From the human T2T-CHM13v2.0 reference genome, Homo sapiens: a DNA stretch of 64,000 bases. The stretch lies in assembly GCF_009914755.1 (NCBI RefSeq), contig NC_060941.1; one strand, written 5' to 3'. Each line of letters begins with the position of its first letter. Within the stretch, counting starts at the first letter, position 1. Positions 59,154-64,000 of this stretch are shown here, piece after piece. The notes beneath the pieces were generated by a model that saw only the letters and a program-made list of their open reading frames with translations, did not search any database and had not been told where the DNA came from. A program made the translations under genes and the position numbers.

Positions 59154-60653
59154 GATGCATTTTTCTATTTCTGAAAAAAATACACTGTTGGAATTTTGAC
59201 AGAGATTGTATGGCATCTGTAGATTATCTTGGGTAGTATTAACCGCCTAATAATATTAAGTCTTCCAATCCATGAATACAGGATGTTTTTCATTCATTGG
59301 TGTCTTTTTAGATTCTTTCATCAAGGTTTTGTAGTTCTCAGTGTACAAGTCCTTCACCTCCTTAGTTAGGCTTATTCCTAAGTAATTTATTCTTTTTGAT
59401 GCTATTGTAAATGAGATTATTCTCTTAATTTGCTTTTCAGATTGTTCATTGTTAGCATATAAAAATTTAATTAATTTTTTGCACTGATTTTGTATCCTGC
59501 AACTAAGCTAAATCCATTTGTTAGTTCTAACAGCTTTTGTGAAATCCTTAGGGTTTTCTACATATAAGATCATGTCTGTGAACAAAGATAATTTTCCTTC
59601 TTCCTTTTCATTTTGGATGACTTTTTCTTTTTCTTTTTCTTGCGAATTGCCTATGTTGAATACACAAGGCAAAAGACAGCATCCTTTCTTTGTTCCTGAT
59701 CTTAGAGGAAAAGCTTTCAGTCTTTCACTATAAGAATAATGTCTATAGGCTTTAAATAGATGGCGTTTATTTTGCTGAGGTAATTTCCTTATCTTCCCAA
59801 TTTAAGTTTCTTCTTATCAAAAAAGGGAGTTAAACTTTGTGAAAAGATTTTTCTACCTCAATTAAGATGATTGTGTGAGGGTTTTCTCCTTTGATTCTGT
59901 TAATGCTAATGTAGTATATCACATTTACTGATTTTCATATTTGGAACCATTCTTGCAAGTTACGAATAAATCTCATTTGGTCATGATGTGTAAACCTTTA
60001 ATGTGCTGTTGAATTCAGTTTACAAGTATTTTCCTGAGGCCTTTGCAGCAAATATTTGTCAGGATATTGGCCTATAGTTTTCTTTCCTTGTACCACATTT
60101 GTCTAGTTTTAGTATCAACTTAATGCTGGCCTCACGTGATAAATTTAGAAGTGTTTCCTCTTCAATGTTTTTGAAAAGTTTGAAGAGGGATTGGCATTAA
60201 TTCTTCTTTAAATGTTTGGTAAATTCACCAATGAAGCCACCTGGTCCTGAGTTTTTGTCTGTTGAGAGGTTTTTGATTATTGATTCAATCTGCTTACTAA
60301 AGGTCTGTTCAGATATTCTATTCTTCATAATTTAGTCTTGGTAGGTCATGTGTTGTGAGAAATTTGTTCATTTCACCTAGGTTATCAAATATATTGACAT
60401 ATGGTTGCTCATAGTCCTCTCTTACAACCCTTTTTCTTTGTGTTAAATTTCTCTCTGATTTTAGTTAATGAGTCTTGTTTCTTTTTTTCTTACCCATGTA
60501 GTTAAAAGTTTGCTCATTTTGCTGATCTTTTCAAAAACCCAACTCTTAGTTTCATTTTCTCTACTGTTTTTCTGTTTCACATTTTATTTCCTTCCTTCTG
60601 TTAGCTTTAGGTTTAGTTTGTTCTTTTTCTAGTTCCTTAAGGTGTAAATTTAG

Positions 60654-61305
<652 letters not shown>

Positions 61306-62169
61306 ACTGGAGTGTTCTTTATGTCTGTTAGGTTCAACTGGTCTATTGAATTGTTCAAGTCCTCTGTTTAGTAACCTTCTGTCATTTGTTCTATCCGGCG
61401 TATTGAAGTTCCCCACACTGGAGTATGTGCATTCTACAGTTATTGGATGGGGTATTTTATAAATGTCAATTAGGCTGTGGTAGTTCAGAGTATTCCTCAA
61501 ATCTTCTACATCCTTTTTGACTTTTTGGTCAAGTTGCTCCATCAATTCCCAAGAAAAGGAATAATAAATGCAATAATGTTTATGCATTTGTCTGTTTTTC
61601 CCTTTGGTACTATTAGTTTTTGCTTCATGTATTTTTGAAGCTCTTTTGTTTGCTAAATACACATTTATAATCATTACATCATGCTTATGAATAGACTCTT
61701 TACCATTACAAAATGACTATTTGTCTTATAATTTTTCCTTGTTGTGAAAGTCTATTTTATCTGATATTCAGTATAGCCATTCCAGCTTTTTTATGCTTAT
61801 TGTTTCCATGATACATCTCTTTGCATCCTTTTACTTTCAAGCTATTTATCTTTGTATTTAAAGTATGTCTCTTATAAATAATATAAAGTTGGCTCTTGCT
61901 TTGTTTATCCAATCCAAAAAGCACTGTCTTTGGCTTCCAGTGTTGAGTTCATTTATATTTAATGTAATTATTTATGGTTCTATTTAGTCTGTCATTTTGC
62001 TATTGGTTTTGTCACAGCTCTTCTTTGCTCCTCGTTTTTCCTTCCCTGCCTTATTTTATGTTCACTGAATATTTTATAGTATTCCATTTTAATCCTTCTA
62101 GTTACACATCCTTCTAGCTATACCTAGCTATATGTCTTTTCATTATATGCTTAGTATTTGTTCTAAGTA

Positions 62170-63650
62170 TGTGCTAGGCAACATCTAAGATGGCTCCCAA
62201 TTTTCCCCAACTCCTGGTATGCATGCCCATGTGGTATGTCCTTTCCCTTGAGTATAGTCTGGACCTAGAAACTTGCTTTTAATAAACAGAATCCGACAAA
62301 AGTGATAAGCTATAATTTCCAAGATTAGCTTACAAAAAGATTCTAGCTTCCATCATGCTTACCTCTCTCTTGCTCTCTTACTTGTCCACTTTGATGGAAG
62401 CCAGCTGCCATGCTGTAGGCTATCCTATAGAGAGGCCCAAATAGGAAAAAACTGAGAGAAACTTTTGGATGACAGCCAGCAAAGACTGACGCCCTCAGAG
62501 CAATACCCCAGCAAGGACCTGAATCCTATTAACCATATGAGTGAGAATAGAAGTGGATTCTCCCCCAATCTAGACTTCAGCTGGGACCACAACCCCAGTC
62601 AATACTTTGTTTGCAACCTTATAGGAGAACCTAAGCCAGAAAACCCAGCTAAGCCATGTCCATGAGAAAAAAATTAAAAAATTTTAAAAAAATTAAAAAA
62701 TAAATGTTGCTTTAAGCTGCTAAGATTTAGAGTAATTTGTAATGGAATTTCTCTTAGATGTTGCCTAGCACATACTTAGAACAAATACTAAGCATATAAT
62801 GAAAACACGTATAGCTAGGTATAGCTAGAAAGACATGCAATAGATAACTGCAGATATCTGTATTATAGATAATACAGATTTTGGTATCTGAAAGTAAAGT
62901 ACAGCCTAAGAATATGGAAACATCTTTGTGTGTAGTGTGCTAAAGACAAAGTTGATTTGAAGAGGTCATTAGTAGGAATCTGGAATTTGAGGATATTGCC
63001 AGTGGGGCTCAAGAGGAAGTAAGAAATCTGTTATCGGAAATGAGAAGAAGGGGGATCCTTTTTACATAGAGATAGAAAGCTATACCATCATCTTCAGTAA
63101 CACAAAAATTAGAAAATATGCTTGAGGAACTAAGTGAGTAATATAGCTAAGAAGATTTACAAAGTATTTGCTATTGCTTTAAGTGCTGTCGCTCTTAGGT
63201 GCAAGAGTAGAGTAAAATTGAGTCAAGGAAAGTTAAAGAAAATGGAACTAAGACTTCATGGTTTTAAAAATTCTCAGCCTCTCTAGATGGCAAAATATCC
63301 TAAATTAAGAAAGTCCAAGCAAACTTTGGACACTGCATAGACATAAAGCCAAGGGTATAAATGTAAAATATTTTGTGAAGATCGAAAAGATAAAAGATGG
63401 TATATCTCAGAGTACTATGCATTCATCCACAGATCCCCTTAAAAAGATTAAGAGTATGCCTGACAGATCCTCTCAATCAAACAAGAGGGCCTCTACAAAA
63501 CTTAAGAATGACTTAACTAAGAAAATTCCACTACTTGCCTATCTGGATTTCAGAATTGTTATGAACTAGTGACTTTTTAGAAATGTCTGTGGAGGTTATC
63601 CTCTGCTTGGCCCATTGTATGTTGGGTGTGTTAGGAGCAGATAACTATTA
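62170..63650 (+). mobile_element. MLT1(E/F-like) LTR (~62170-62875) plus internal sequence
   Basis: tgtg...tctaagatggctccc start; ...aataca|gattttggta LTR/internal junction. Confidence 0.75.
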
Positions 63651-64000
63651 GAACAGACATTTCTTCAAAGAAGATATACAAATGGCTAATAAGCACATGA
63701 CAAGATGCTCAGTGTCATTAGTCACTGGGGGAATGCAAATTAAAACCACAATGAGATACCACTGCATACCAACTAAAATGCACAAAATCAAAGCCACTGA
63801 CAATACCAAGAGTTGATGAGGACGTGAAGAGACGAGAATACTCATGTGAAGAGACTGGAATATTGGTAATGGGGATACAAAATGGAACAGCCAGTTTGGA
63901 AAAGAGTTTGATGATTTTTTAAGTTAAAAATAAATTTACCACACAACCCACTCTTAGATATCCATCCAAAAGAAATGAAAAACATATGTCCGAATAAAAA
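63651..64000 (+). mobile_element. Old L1M ORF2-end fragment
   Basis: gaacagacatttcttcaaagaagatatacaaatggc motif. Confidence 0.8.

Overview
Primate (almost certainly human) genomic DNA lying inside the CEP112 (CCDC46) centrosomal-protein gene, which runs on the minus strand. Four small coding exons can be read with canonical AG/GT borders: 43459-43552, 40549-40626, 7399-7446 and 7065-7142 (probably exons 5-8; numbering from memory). They splice into one frame, (S)REQYTGKLRVRSHSLSPTHREDGQNITPKIC-EVYSKKSPVSLDDSDIEARLNSWNLG-IENPRYLRQKPIPVSL-MTPKFSLRKSSSFHDDHFLSRIREKE, which I recognise as CEP112. Most of the rest is nested, dead transposon sequence: L1MA/L1M/L1PA, about 30 Alus, MER39/MER57/THE1/MLT1 LTRs, MER2 and L2. 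Subfamily calls are by eye. Only ORF 40516-40866 in the track contains a real exon in frame; the rest are transposon or low-complexity artefacts. I see no evidence of a new multi-gene system. The most interesting signals are: (1) a ~2.45-kb inversion that splits an L1, reconstructable from several junctions; (2) a 79-bp near-perfect inverted duplication bracketing an MLT1 LTR, plus other fold-back scars; (3) a 267-nt AG-exclusion zone before the exon at 40549-40626, suggesting a distant branch point; (4) a gene-sense THE1 LTR that retains a DUX4 motif, TATA-like box and splice donor; (5) two NAGNAG acceptors, a candidate 39-nt in-frame micro-exon and a 69-nt hairpin in unique sequence.
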